Assembly (NCBI RefSeq): GCF_036492635.1
Contig: NZ_AP025305.1
Span: forward strand, 3,798,000-3,861,999
DNA length: 64,000 nt
Reading direction: 5' to 3'
Source of the DNA: Aureibacter tunicatorum
GTDB lineage: Bacteria > Bacteroidota > Bacteroidia > Cytophagales > Cyclobacteriaceae
In this document: positions 9,430-19,458 of the stretch, in pieces
How positions within the stretch are numbered: position 1 is the stretch's first letter
Layout: each line of letters starts with the position of its first letter
The notes under the pieces: generated by a model
The model's database searches: none
Seen by the model: the letters and a program-made list of their open reading frames with translations, nothing else
Told to the model about the DNA's origin: nothing
Position numbers and translations under genes: made by a program

Positions 9430-10068
9430 TTATTCTTTTTCTTTATCGACCCAAAACCTCAAAACAGTTTTTAGTTTCTCTGGAGCTACTTTTCTCGCAT
9501 CATTGAGATAAATCTCTCTATGAGTTTTACTCTTTCGGTTAAACCCTTTTGTTTTTGCAAATAATTCCATTTTTGCAAATGATTCAGGTTCATTGTCATA
9601 ACTACCATAATGCATCATTTGAATACAAACTCCATCTGTAATTTGCTCATATTTAACTTTTTCCAAGAGCAGGTGTGGCTTTTTCCTCTTAGTTTCTTCA
9701 ATAATAAATTTGGCATATTCCTCATCTACGAAATTCGGCTGACGAATCATTAGTTTAAAGACTAATTCATCTTTATTCAACTTCGTAATATTTTGCTCTT
9801 TTGCTTTTTCGCTAATATCCCAAATTCCTTCAAGCGGATATACAGTATAATCGAAAAAACCCTGAGGCTCAATTTCTTTCTTTACACTCATCTTAACTGC
9901 ATAAGATATTGAATATAACACTCCAATATATTCCGCAAAACTTTCACTATTCGGATTCCCGCAACCTTCTATTGTGAAAAACTTAAATTTTGGAATATTT
10001 ATTAACTCTGGCTTCTGATTTGGCAGGTATAGCTCTTTTTCTGCTTTTCTCCATTCGTGTTTCATCAC
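9430..10068 (-). CDS. GyrI-like (AraC effector-binding / small-molecule-binding) domain protein
   Basis: 212 aa. N-terminal 'YLPNQKPELINIPKFKFFTIEGCGNPNSESFAEYIGVLYSISYAV' matches GyrI-like family pattern (from memory). Confidence 0.5.
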   Translation of the reverse strand: MMKHEWRKAEKELYLPNQKPELINIPKFKFFTIEGCGNPNSESFAEYIGVLYSISYAVKMSVKKEIEPQGFFDYTVYPLEGIWDISEKAKEQNITKLNKDELVFKLMIRQPNFVDEEYAKFIIEETKRKKPHLLLEKVKYEQITDGVCIQMMHYGSYDNEPESFAKMELFAKTKGFNRKSKTHREIYLNDARKVAPEKLKTVLRFWVDKEKE

Positions 10069-10212
10069 TCGTCTAGTTTTAATTAATAACTATTGTAAAA
10101 GTAAATTGACTTTGTGACAACCCTATGTCAGCATATTTGAATAATTACTTCAACTGTTGAATGTATTTATTAACAATATTGTATCCTTCTTTTATAACTC
10201 AAGTCCTCGTTT

Positions 10213-10265
10213 CAAGATGCCAGATCAAATAATGTTCGCATGTAAGAAGCAGAACCAGCAAAGGT
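10213..10265 (+). repeat. Roughly 52-bp conserved motif, copy 2
   Basis: gatgccagatcaaataatgttcgcatgtaagaagcagaaccagcaaagg. See copy 1. Confidence 0.5.
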
Positions 10266-10505
10266 TCAATTCTATTTCGTTATTCCTGTAACCCAATAGA
10301 TAGAAATGTGATAGCTACTACACCAATTAATTTTCGATACTATTAATCATGCCCTAGACATGATTTTTCAAAATTAACTACTCTTCATCTGTTGTGAATT
10401 GCAATTTACATTTCCAATACAAATTTCAACTATGCATCAACAAGCTTAATTAATCATTTTTTATTCATATTCTCATTTTGTATATTATAATAGAGCTCAA
10501 TTGCA

Positions 10506-11312
10506 ATGCATTATATTTTTAATATGAAAAAAGTCCTTACACTTATTCTCGTAACCTTTTACTGTTTGAGTGCTTATTCACAAACCAAAACCATCCATGT
10601 ATTTGTCGCATTGTGTGATAATATTCATCAAGGAATAGTGCCGGTGCCTGAGAAAATAGGCAATGGCAAAGACCCTAGGCTCAATCTGTATTGGGGAGCA
10701 GGCTATGGCGTCAAATCATTTTTTAAGTTAAAGACCAAAGAATGGAATTTGGTAAAGCAAATTGAATCTGATAATCCTATTATTCTTGATCGATTGCTAT
10801 TCAAGCATGCAACAGAAGACATATATATGTTGGCAGACGCGTATGATGGTGAACAAATACAAACTTGCATTGAGCAGTTTCTTTTAGCTTCCAATGCTCA
10901 AAACCCAGTTGAAATTGAGAATAAAAATAAAAATTTAAGCTTTGGTGGAGATTCAGACTTAGTCGCTTATATAGGTCATGATGGATTGATGGAGTTTGAT
11001 GTGTATTTGACATACCAAGAAGTGAAGGCTAAGAAAAAAGACGCAATCATGCTCGCTTGTTTTAGCAGATACTATTTTTCTCCCGAGATAGAAAAAGCAC
11101 AAGCAAACCCTATATTATGGACCACTCACTTGATGGCTCCAGAGGCTTACACGCTCAAAGCCGCAATTGACGGGTGGATTAAAAACGAAACGGGGAGCCA
11201 AATAGAAGAAAGAGCTGCTCAAGCTTACCATAAATATCAAAAATGCGGAATTCGAGGCGCCAGAAACTTATTTGCCACGGGATTCAAAAAGAAAACGGCT
11301 GATGACTGGTAA
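10506..11312 (+). CDS. Hypothetical secreted protein
   Basis: Signal peptide 'MKKVLTLILVTFYCLSAYSQ'. No recognised domain. Confidence 0.5.
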   Translation: MHYIFNMKKVLTLILVTFYCLSAYSQTKTIHVFVALCDNIHQGIVPVPEKIGNGKDPRLNLYWGAGYGVKSFFKLKTKEWNLVKQIESDNPIILDRLLFKHATEDIYMLADAYDGEQIQTCIEQFLLASNAQNPVEIENKNKNLSFGGDSDLVAYIGHDGLMEFDVYLTYQEVKAKKKDAIMLACFSRYYFSPEIEKAQANPILWTTHLMAPEAYTLKAAIDGWIKNETGSQIEERAAQAYHKYQKCGIRGARNLFATGFKKKTADDW

Positions 11313-11464
11313 GCTAAAGTTCAGCAATAAAAAACCGACTTTTGCGTCGATTTTTTATTGCATTACATATTTATATTTTTCACGATACATTTTAAACATC
11401 ATATCTGATTGGCACTCCAACTTTGTATTGCCAACTAAGAAAAGTAAATAAGCTTAGAGGGAGT

Positions 11465-12265
11465 TTACTGTCTATTCAATTTTTCTCTCATAAGCTCCAA
11501 TTCAGTCTTTGGCCTGCTTGCTCGAGGATTAACACTTGCTTCTTTTGGTTCCACAGGCAAAGGTTCAACTGACTTAGGTCGCGAAGTTGGCTCAGGCTCG
11601 CTATTATTATTGCTGTTATTAGTAGCTAGCGCTTGATCAATCTCATTGTCAATACTGTCCTTTTCATTGATTAACGACTCATATGACTCTGCCAAAAGCT
11701 CCTGCTCCTCCACACTCTCGCGCATTCGGTTGATACGCTTGGAAGTGGAATCCACATCGATACTGCTTAATTGCTTATTAATATCCGTAGACAACTTGCT
11801 TACCCTAGAGCGCGTTTTAAGCGTTTTCAAGTCTTTCTCCCAAGTGGTTATTTCTGATTTTATATTGGAGATGTTCGCATTTAGCTTATCAGCCATCTGA
11901 GCATATTTATCCACATTGGATTCGAGCGATTGGACATTTTTGTCTACTTCCATTTTTTCAGTCATCGCCTCCAAGCCTACTCTTTCGGCATCTCTAGCCC
12001 TCATCTGTCCACTTTCAGCTCTCTTTATCGCACTGGCAGCCCTGTCTTCAAGGCTTCTGGACTTTTTGCGAGCCTGGTTAAGCTCTTTTCTCTCCTCGAT
12101 CAAAAACGAATTAACCTCCTGAAGAGCAAGCATACTTTCATTAAGGTCTTTTTTCAACTCCGCTATTCCCTCTTCTATTCGTTTTTCGGGATCTTCATGT
12201 TTTTGAATCGCTGAATCTCCTTCAGCTTTTAGAACATTAAAAAGTCTTTTCAAGCTATTAAACAT
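11465..12265 (-). CDS. PspA/IM30 (phage-shock protein A / Vipp1) family coiled-coil protein with low-complexity C-terminal tail
   Basis: N-terminus 'MFNSLKRLFNVLKAEGDSAIQKHEDPEKRIEEGIAELKKDL' matches the PspA 'MGIFSRF...DKAEDPQK...' pattern. Long coiled-coil, Asn/Pro/Ser-rich tail. Confidence 0.55.
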   Translation of the reverse strand: MFNSLKRLFNVLKAEGDSAIQKHEDPEKRIEEGIAELKKDLNESMLALQEVNSFLIEERKELNQARKKSRSLEDRAASAIKRAESGQMRARDAERVGLEAMTEKMEVDKNVQSLESNVDKYAQMADKLNANISNIKSEITTWEKDLKTLKTRSRVSKLSTDINKQLSSIDVDSTSKRINRMRESVEEQELLAESYESLINEKDSIDNEIDQALATNNSNNNSEPEPTSRPKSVEPLPVEPKEASVNPRASRPKTELELMREKLNRQ

Positions 12266-12331
12266 ACCTTATATAAATTAAAAAAATCGAATCGATAGAA
12301 ATGCCTATGATTCGATTTTCATTATTCAAAT

Positions 12332-12365
12332 ACTATTATTTCTACGTATAATTAATATACGTAGA
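12332..12365. promoter_or_regulatory. Perfect 13-bp-arm palindrome (atttctacgtata-attaa-tatacgtagaaat) between the CaCA gene stop and pspA-like start
   Basis: Read directly. Position suits an operator or an intra-operon attenuator/terminator. Confidence 0.45.
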
Positions 12366-12368
12366 AAT

Positions 12369-13697
12369 TTAATTTAGGATATTAAACTGAGAGAAAAAGT
12401 CGTTGGAAGAAGCTAAAAACGAACGTATTCCGCTCACAGAATCCGGCGCGTAAACATAAGCCAAAGTATACAGCAAGAATGCTCCATAAAGGCCAAATAG
12501 CATAAACGCTTTGCTTTTACCCATTTTATTACCAAAGTAATAGATAAAAAATGCAAGTACGGTAAATATCAACAATAAGACACGAAACTCCCCTACAAAG
12601 CTCGAAGCTTCGCCTGTTCCCATTGGGATATTTCCATTGAAAAAGCAATAAATCGCCAATGGAAAGCCAAGCGCGAAACAAATGTCAAAAATATTGCTAC
12701 CTAAAGCATTAGCTACAGCATCATTGTAATTACCCTTTTTAGCATCTTTAATCGAAATAAACGTATCAGGCACGCTTGTAGCGGCAGCGGCGAAAATAAT
12801 AGCGATAATAAACGGAGCTACATTAAGTGCTTCTCCAAGCATCACACAAGCTTCAGCCAGTAAGTGACAAGCTAATCCAATAATCACAGTCGCAACAGCC
12901 AATAGAGACCAAGCCAATCCCTTTGACATCGCTTTGCCGCCAAGCACCGCGTTTTCAATATTTAAAACCATGAAAGACTTCAATCTTCCAACAATACTTC
13001 CGTCAACATACTCGTCCTCTTCCTCCTCTTCTTCTTCGGAATCACCGTCAGCATTGGATATTTTGAAAAACTTAAGTATGGCAATATAACCACCATAGAT
13101 TAACATCAAGATCACACCGTGCAACCATGTCATCTCCGTGGAATTCAGTAAAACAACCAGAAGAAGCTCAGCAAAAATCAAGAATAAACCATCTCTCAAA
13201 ATAACTCTCTTATCAACAGTAACCCCTCTCTTAAGCGAGTAAGAAACAGAAAGAATCACCGCCGCAGGAATAATCATGGCATTAAACACAGCACTGCCGG
13301 CAGTAGTTCCAATACCTCCAGCAAAGCCCGTCGCATCCTTTTGCACAACTAGAAAAAAGAAAGTAGTGAACAACTCAGGCAAAGAACTACCAATTGCATT
13401 GATTGTCGCCCCTTTAACTCCAGCTTCCATGCCCAATTGATCTCCAATATAATCTGAAGCTGTTTCGAACCCATCCGAAGCTTTCCAGATTATCAAGCAA
13501 CAAGCAACGATCACAATGATACTTTGAGCCAAATGAGGAACTCCATGCGTCCAAAAATCAACCATGCCCGGAGCATAAAAATTTATGACTGTAGGTAAAG
13601 CCAACAGCACTATTAAAAAACCTAGAATAAGCCCAACGCTTATTCCTTTTTTCTCACCCGGCTTGGGGGAGACCTCTTTTTCTGTTGTTTGTAACAT
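12369..13697 (-). CDS. Ca2+/cation antiporter (CaCA / Na+-Ca2+ exchanger YrbG-like) with central acidic loop
   Basis: Both alpha-repeat signatures present ('GSSLPELFTT' and 'ALGSNIFDI'). Cytoplasmic loop 'DSEEEEEEEDEY'. Confidence 0.8.
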   Translation of the reverse strand: MLQTTEKEVSPKPGEKKGISVGLILGFLIVLLALPTVINFYAPGMVDFWTHGVPHLAQSIIVIVACCLIIWKASDGFETASDYIGDQLGMEAGVKGATINAIGSSLPELFTTFFFLVVQKDATGFAGGIGTTAGSAVFNAMIIPAAVILSVSYSLKRGVTVDKRVILRDGLFLIFAELLLVVLLNSTEMTWLHGVILMLIYGGYIAILKFFKISNADGDSEEEEEEEDEYVDGSIVGRLKSFMVLNIENAVLGGKAMSKGLAWSLLAVATVIIGLACHLLAEACVMLGEALNVAPFIIAIIFAAAATSVPDTFISIKDAKKGNYNDAVANALGSNIFDICFALGFPLAIYCFFNGNIPMGTGEASSFVGEFRVLLLIFTVLAFFIYYFGNKMGKSKAFMLFGLYGAFLLYTLAYVYAPDSVSGIRSFLASSNDFFSQFNILN

Positions 13698-13716
13698 TTC
13701 TCAATATTTAGTAAAG

Positions 13717-15213
13717 TTATTTTTTATTTGCTATCTGCACATATGCAAGCCTTCCTCCTGTTTCTTCCGAAAGCAAAAGCCTCTGGCCATCCTTCAAATA
13801 TACGCCTTCTCCTTTTTTTATTACCTTTTTTTCATCAATATCTTTTAAAAATCCTATGGATTGATTAACCATCATCCATTTTCCATTATGCAATGAGAAA
13901 TACGCCAAAGGGGCTTTATCATCATCTGACAACTTTTCATTGGGACTTACCAACCGATTCACATGCCATTTATACAAATATTGATTATGATAAATCATGA
14001 GTCGATGCTTATCGTCGGTAAAACTCTCTCCATCCCTTGATGAATAAAATGTAAACACGGGCAATTCTCCCTCATAATGAGTGCCGCAATAATGGCAAAC
14101 AGGCTTGAACTTGTTGTCAAATACAAACCAATGATGCGAGCAATTTTGATTGGAACAAGGTTGAATAAAATCCACTGTTTTGACAAGCGCTTGTTCCCAT
14201 TCATCAGCGGTAGGCCTTTTTTCAGGATCATGAAGTCCTGTTATGAATGCTTTATCAAAGAGTTCTTTTAGATAAGGCCCCGCTATAGTATAAGGAAGCG
14301 CGCCAACATCCGCATAAGGCAACTCTGATTTTTTTATTTGATCAAGCTTTGGCCTGTTCGTCTTATCCATTGGATGCTCTATGAATAAAGCTTTGTTTCC
14401 CATTGTCATCTCCTCATCCAAAGCTGCATCCATATCGTGAACCTTTCCGCCTCTCAAAGGATGCCTGAAAAACAAATACATATATATTAAAACGGCCAAT
14501 GCATGACGATCCGTATAGATAGATGGCAACACTCTCTGCTCCATAGGAAGGTGCTTGCTTATGATAACTTCAGGAGCTATAAAATCAGGAGTTCCGATAA
14601 CATCCGGAGGATATTTCCCCGGAACAACAAGTCCATCGATATCTATTATGCAAGCATTTCGTCCTTTAGGGTCAATCAACACATTCTTATATGAAAGGTC
14701 AGAATGCGCCAAACCAGCCGCGTGAAGTCTTCTAACAGCTCTGCTTATCAATAGGCAAATTCGCAAATAACTAAGTAGATCCCCTTTTTCTCTAGGGTCC
14801 AAAAACCGGTTTTGATGACTGCCTGACGCAAACCATTTTCCTTCTTTTTCTTTGCCTCGTATACCCAGCATATCCTCATTGACAGATCCATGGTCAAAAA
14901 AGAAATGCGATTGAAATACCGGCGTCACAACCCCCCACAATCCATCACTTTCAACGATATCATACGGCCAACAAAATACAGACTTCCAATATTCCCCTCC
15001 GGGTTGATTAAAAATTCGATCCCGATAAGGTCCAACGATATCCAAAAGTCTATTTTGAGAGGCCTCATCCAGCTTTGTCCGAAAGAAACCCACGACATAA
15101 GATTTGTCTTTTGAAAAGTACACATCTTTCATCGCTCCCTGTCCAATGATTTCGTCTATATAAGTAACGGCTTCACCGCTGATTATGGACTTAACACTGC
15201 ATTCTCTAGCCAT
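13717..15213 (-). CDS. Ser/Thr protein kinase-like protein (TerY-P triad kinase) with Cys-rich C-terminal region
   Basis: Gly-loop 'IIGQGAMKDVY'. Catalytic-loop-like 'HSDLSYKNVLID', 'IIDIDG', 'GTPDFIAPE'. C-terminal 'CSNQNCSHH...CHYCG' zinc-ribbon-like. ATG overlaps the upstream gene's TGA (ATGA). Confidence 0.7.
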   Translation of the reverse strand: MARECSVKSIISGEAVTYIDEIIGQGAMKDVYFSKDKSYVVGFFRTKLDEASQNRLLDIVGPYRDRIFNQPGGEYWKSVFCWPYDIVESDGLWGVVTPVFQSHFFFDHGSVNEDMLGIRGKEKEGKWFASGSHQNRFLDPREKGDLLSYLRICLLISRAVRRLHAAGLAHSDLSYKNVLIDPKGRNACIIDIDGLVVPGKYPPDVIGTPDFIAPEVIISKHLPMEQRVLPSIYTDRHALAVLIYMYLFFRHPLRGGKVHDMDAALDEEMTMGNKALFIEHPMDKTNRPKLDQIKKSELPYADVGALPYTIAGPYLKELFDKAFITGLHDPEKRPTADEWEQALVKTVDFIQPCSNQNCSHHWFVFDNKFKPVCHYCGTHYEGELPVFTFYSSRDGESFTDDKHRLMIYHNQYLYKWHVNRLVSPNEKLSDDDKAPLAYFSLHNGKWMMVNQSIGFLKDIDEKKVIKKGEGVYLKDGQRLLLSEETGGRLAYVQIANKK

Positions 15214-16697
15214 CAGTCTTTCCTTTTTAATACCACCATGGTTCTGTCATCATGCTCTCCTGTTGACCAGAAATTCATCCATTCCAATATTTTAGCTTCT
15301 CTCTCCTCTGTTGGTATATCTTCAGCAATGCAATTTCCCTCAAGCTCTTTCATAAACTCACCCCATTGCGTAAAATCATTTAGATTGTCATCAGAGCCAA
15401 ACTTAGGATCTGTAACACCGTCAGTGGCTAAAAATATATATTTCGGTATTTTTTCATAAAACTTAAATCGAACACGCTTGCTAAATTCAGAAACTTGAAA
15501 AATAGAAGGCATATTGATAAACTTAGTCTGTCCGGCAAACTCCCCTCCATCAGGCTCGCCCAACATCTCAAAAGAATCGTCCTCAATCACCGCAATCACA
15601 CCATCGCCTACCCAAAAAGACATGACAACCATGCCGTATTCATACACTTTGGAAATCGTGAATAACAAAGTCGTGGAATAATCTTTAATTGACTCATTTC
15701 TTTCTTCGCTAATGCCTAAGACCGATTTATAAGCTTCCACAGCAGCATTATAAATAAGATTGCTTATCAATCCATTCAAGTCTGCTTTTTTGCTTTCATC
15801 TTGTTGATGGTATACTTTGCCAAAGTGATCGTCCAGATCGGACAATTGCCCCTCGCTCGCAGCATTAGCAATATATTCAACGACAGCATTGCAAGCTATT
15901 TTGGATCCTTTGCGAGAATATTTCGCAGACCCCGCACCATCGGCAACTGTCGAAACCATCCAACCGGACTCTTTGATCTGTCTTATGGAAAAATCGTCAT
16001 CTCTGAATGTGCCCTTATGCGCATGAGATCTTCCTCTTACTGACGCGCCGAATATCTTATAAGCATCAGTTTCTTGGTAATCGTAGTCGGTGTGCGCTTT
16101 TCTAAAAATCTCATTTTCTCCAGGCTCAACTTCAGTCCACAAGCTTTTAGGATCGGGATTAACCGTAAGTCTTATCATTGCATCCTTAGTAACTACGTTC
16201 CCTTCGTGAGAAAGATCAAATTGCAAAAGAGCCACAAAATCTCCGGCTCCATTTAATACTCCAGAAAATGTGATCGAGTGACGATCTACAGAAAGCGCAA
16301 GAACATGCTCAACATTTTCCGAATTTGCTCCAGTCCAGAATAACTTAGGATTGTCAATTTTAGACCCTTCCGCAAAATTTTCAAATGACAATGTGCATTG
16401 ATAATCTGATTGATCCATGCCATTTTTCATTCTCAAAAAATTATTTTCAACCCAATCGAAACTCACCTCGTCGCTTTCAGGTTGAATATCCACTTTTTCC
16501 AAATCGCTTTTATCAATACTCATTTTGACTTCAATATCTCGTTTATCAGTATCATGCAGGCATGCTTGGCTCATTATCAAGCTATGCTTATGTTCATCCA
16601 ATGCCTTGTAAAGATCTTTTTTCTTCAGATCAATCTGTTCAAACAAGCTTTCGAGCTCAAACCTTAATTTTTCTATTCTCTCAACCACTAACTTCAA
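15213..16697 (-). CDS. PP2C-family Ser/Thr phosphatase with roughly 230-aa N-terminal domain of unknown function
   Basis: C-terminal 'STVADGAGSAKYSRKGSKIA', 'GDGVIAV', 'FLATDGVTD' PP2C metal-binding motifs. 4-nt overlap with the kinase gene. Confidence 0.7.
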   Translation of the reverse strand: MKLVVERIEKLRFELESLFEQIDLKKKDLYKALDEHKHSLIMSQACLHDTDKRDIEVKMSIDKSDLEKVDIQPESDEVSFDWVENNFLRMKNGMDQSDYQCTLSFENFAEGSKIDNPKLFWTGANSENVEHVLALSVDRHSITFSGVLNGAGDFVALLQFDLSHEGNVVTKDAMIRLTVNPDPKSLWTEVEPGENEIFRKAHTDYDYQETDAYKIFGASVRGRSHAHKGTFRDDDFSIRQIKESGWMVSTVADGAGSAKYSRKGSKIACNAVVEYIANAASEGQLSDLDDHFGKVYHQQDESKKADLNGLISNLIYNAAVEAYKSVLGISEERNESIKDYSTTLLFTISKVYEYGMVVMSFWVGDGVIAVIEDDSFEMLGEPDGGEFAGQTKFINMPSIFQVSEFSKRVRFKFYEKIPKYIFLATDGVTDPKFGSDDNLNDFTQWGEFMKELEGNCIAEDIPTEEREAKILEWMNFWSTGEHDDRTMVVLKRKD

Positions 16698-16737
16698 ATA
16701 AAAAGTGTACAGGATTTCGTCAATTGACTACGAATCC

Positions 16738-17379
16738 CTACAAAACAATATTCACTTCCTTTGGAGGAGGAGGAAGTTCCAATGACTCAGCTGTTACTCC
16801 CGCGCTTCTGCTACCTTCTTGTATTGTATCCGATACCCATTTAAAATAAGTCTGAAATGTCGAGCTATCACAATTATCCAGCATGGCTACGTTTTCAGTA
16901 AGCTCTCTTAAGTACTCCGATCTTGCTTTAGGTCCAGCGCCACAAGCAATAATGTTACCGAATCGTTGATTTTTCAATACAGGAATCATCTCTCTGTATT
17001 TCATCAAATCGGAAGGCTTCCCATCCGTCATTATGAATAATAAAGGAGCCCAGTCGCCTTTTTGCGAAGCAGTTGTCTTGATGATATCTCTTTTAAGAAT
17101 ATCATTCAGTTTTTCCAAAGCCATTCCAAGATGAGTTGGACCGGAATCAGGTGTGCCAATTGTAGGCAAATGCAACATGGGGAGCTCCGTCAGAGGCATC
17201 ACTTCATTGACTTCCCTATCGAAAGTTACGATGGCTATATGCACTGAATCCAGCGCATAAGGATCTTGCCTTAGTGAAGAAACCAAAGATTGCAAGCCCA
17301 CATTCACAGCTTGAATGGGCTCTCCCTTCATTGACCCTGAAGTGTCCAAGAGTAAGTAAACAGGAAGTCGTCTATTCAT
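16738..17379 (-). CDS. TerY-like von Willebrand factor A (vWA) domain protein
   Basis: MIDAS 'DTSGSM', 'IMTDG', roughly 210 aa, adjacent to TerD genes. Confidence 0.75.
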   Translation of the reverse strand: MNRRLPVYLLLDTSGSMKGEPIQAVNVGLQSLVSSLRQDPYALDSVHIAIVTFDREVNEVMPLTELPMLHLPTIGTPDSGPTHLGMALEKLNDILKRDIIKTTASQKGDWAPLLFIMTDGKPSDLMKYREMIPVLKNQRFGNIIACGAGPKARSEYLRELTENVAMLDNCDSSTFQTYFKWVSDTIQEGSRSAGVTAESLELPPPPKEVNIVL

Positions 17380-17484
17380 GATCTTTTTCTGAAAAATTTA
17401 TGGGAATTCAATCGCTCTATAAAATACGATAAAGCAAAAACGCTAGTTGAATTTCCCAATTACTATAAACAAAATAAAACAGAG

Positions 17485-18123
17485 TTACTTTACAAGATTA
17501 ATGCCTTTGGGAGGGGCAGGAAGCTCACCCAAATCACTTACTTCTTGACCTGTCGACTCTACTTTGGTGCTTGAAACTCCGATAGAAGATGATACCCATT
17601 TAAAAAAGTCTCCGATTGTATCTTCATCAGCAGTCTCAAGACTGACAACATTTGGCGTAATTTGCGAAAGCACGCTTAGATCGGCATTAGGTCCAGCTCC
17701 ACAAGCGACCACAACTCCCCAGCTCTGTGCCTGAAACTCGGCAAGTCCCTTTTTCCAATCATCGGTTGGAACGCCATCAGTCATGATAAACACCAAAGGT
17801 TTCCAATCACCTTTGGCGTCATAACTGGACTTCTTAACTTCCAACTGTGATTTTACCGCCACTAATTCCAATGCCTCACCCAATGAGGTAGCACCTGTAG
17901 TCTTAAGCACCGGCAACTGAATATCCATTAGCTCAGTCAATGGTATCAAGGTTTCGGCATTGGAGCTAAAGCTTATTAAACTCAAATAAGCTGTCTCCAA
18001 CGCATAAGGATTTCTTCTAAGCTCTGCGACTAAATTCTCCAACCCATTTTGAACTGCACTTAAAGCTTGGCCTTCCATCGAATAGGAAGTATCTACCAAC
18101 AAATATACAGGAAGTCTTCTCAT
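17485..18123 (-). CDS. TerY-like vWA domain protein (second paralogue)
   Basis: MIDAS 'DTSYSM', 'IMTDG'. Paralogous to 16738..17379. Confidence 0.75.
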   Translation of the reverse strand: MRRLPVYLLVDTSYSMEGQALSAVQNGLENLVAELRRNPYALETAYLSLISFSSNAETLIPLTELMDIQLPVLKTTGATSLGEALELVAVKSQLEVKKSSYDAKGDWKPLVFIMTDGVPTDDWKKGLAEFQAQSWGVVVACGAGPNADLSVLSQITPNVVSLETADEDTIGDFFKWVSSSIGVSSTKVESTGQEVSDLGELPAPPKGINLVK

Positions 18124-18125
18124 AT

Positions 18126-18740
18126 TTAAATATAGCTTTCTTTAATTCTCAAAATAGTAGAGTCAAGATCGCGATCTTTGATTGCCTCGCCTATTGCATG
18201 AAATTTCCACTCACCATTTCTTTTATACAACTTGCCCATAATCATAGATACATGGCCTGCGTATTGAGGTTCAGAAGAAACATCAAACTTAGCGAAAACT
18301 TTCTCAACACTTTTGGCTGTGCCTTCATACATGCGAATACGCGCATAAGGAATGCTTGCAAAATCTTGCTTCTTATAGCTGTTCAACACAAAATATATTT
18401 GCGTTACATTCGGGTTCACTATGGACAAATCTACAGAGATCACTTCATTATCAAGTCCATCGTCTCCTCCTATATCTCCAGTCAAATCATCTCCACTATG
18501 CGCTATTGACCTGTCATTGGACTTAAGGTGGCCATAATACACGCAATCAAAATCATTTCCTTCGTCATCGAACTGTATGCAACTACCGTCCAAATCCACG
18601 CTTGACGTCGTCGACATCAAGCCAAAAAAAGCTTTACCTTCTATCGCTCCCCAATTAAGACCAACGCAAAAAGAGTCCAAAGACTTTCCCGAGTCTTTCT
18701 TTAGATTGATCTTTTGTCCTTTACTTAAATTTATTGCCAT
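18126..18740 (-). CDS. TerD-domain protein (type A: 'GDDLTGDIGGDDGLDNE')
   Basis: N-terminal 'MAINLSKGQKINL' and the Ca-binding TerD signature. Roughly 200 aa. Confidence 0.85.
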   Translation of the reverse strand: MAINLSKGQKINLKKDSGKSLDSFCVGLNWGAIEGKAFFGLMSTTSSVDLDGSCIQFDDEGNDFDCVYYGHLKSNDRSIAHSGDDLTGDIGGDDGLDNEVISVDLSIVNPNVTQIYFVLNSYKKQDFASIPYARIRMYEGTAKSVEKVFAKFDVSSEPQYAGHVSMIMGKLYKRNGEWKFHAIGEAIKDRDLDSTILRIKESYI

Positions 18741-18766
18741 TGTTGTTAACTAAAAAGGTTAAATTA

Positions 18767-19321
18767 CTATCGTTGATAACGATCTACAAAGTGCTGAAGG
18801 TCCTTCATATAGCCGGTTCCCATAGCTTCAAACTTCCACTGACCTGATCGCTTATACAATCTGCCGAACTCTATCGAAGTTTCTACAGAATAATCCTCAT
18901 CAAGCTCATAAATCATCATTTCTTCCTTGGATGACGAGTCAACTATTCGAATATATGAATTTCTAACCTGTCCAAAATTTTGATTTTTTTCCTCTCCTTC
19001 ATGGATAGTCACAGTGAATATAATTTGCTGAACACGCGAATCAATATTGCCCAAATCAATCATGATCGTCTCATCGTCTCCATCTCCGTCTCCCGTCAGG
19101 TTATCACCTGAATGCGTCACAGCTCCATCAGGCGATTTTAATTGATTATAAAAAATCATGAAGTCATCAGAAATAAGCTTTTCTTCCTCATCGATCATGA
19201 AAGCCACAACATCTAAGTCAGCGCTTGCAGCCGCACCGCGACTTACATCCCAACCTAGACCGACATTAAACTTCTGAGCTTCAATATTAGCCCTTTGTCC
19301 TTTTTTAAGATTGATAGCCAT
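18767..19321 (-). CDS. TerD-domain protein (type B: 'GDNLTGDGDGDDE')
   Basis: Internal ATG at 19321 gives 'MAINLKKGQRANIE...'. The ORF-track 5' extension (to 19459) is non-homologous and overlaps the upstream gene's end. Confidence 0.85.
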   Translation of the reverse strand: MAINLKKGQRANIEAQKFNVGLGWDVSRGAAASADLDVVAFMIDEEEKLISDDFMIFYNQLKSPDGAVTHSGDNLTGDGDGDDETIMIDLGNIDSRVQQIIFTVTIHEGEEKNQNFGQVRNSYIRIVDSSSKEEMMIYELDEDYSVETSIEFGRLYKRSGQWKFEAMGTGYMKDLQHFVDRYQR

Positions 19322-19458
19322 TGTTAATTGTTTAGTTATTGAATGTCTAAAATTATTTACTATCCGATTAATGTTTCTATACGATATTGAGCCAGTCGCT
19401 CTAAATGAAATATGACCGCCTGAAACTGAAAAATCAACAAGCGGCCATATCTCATGCA

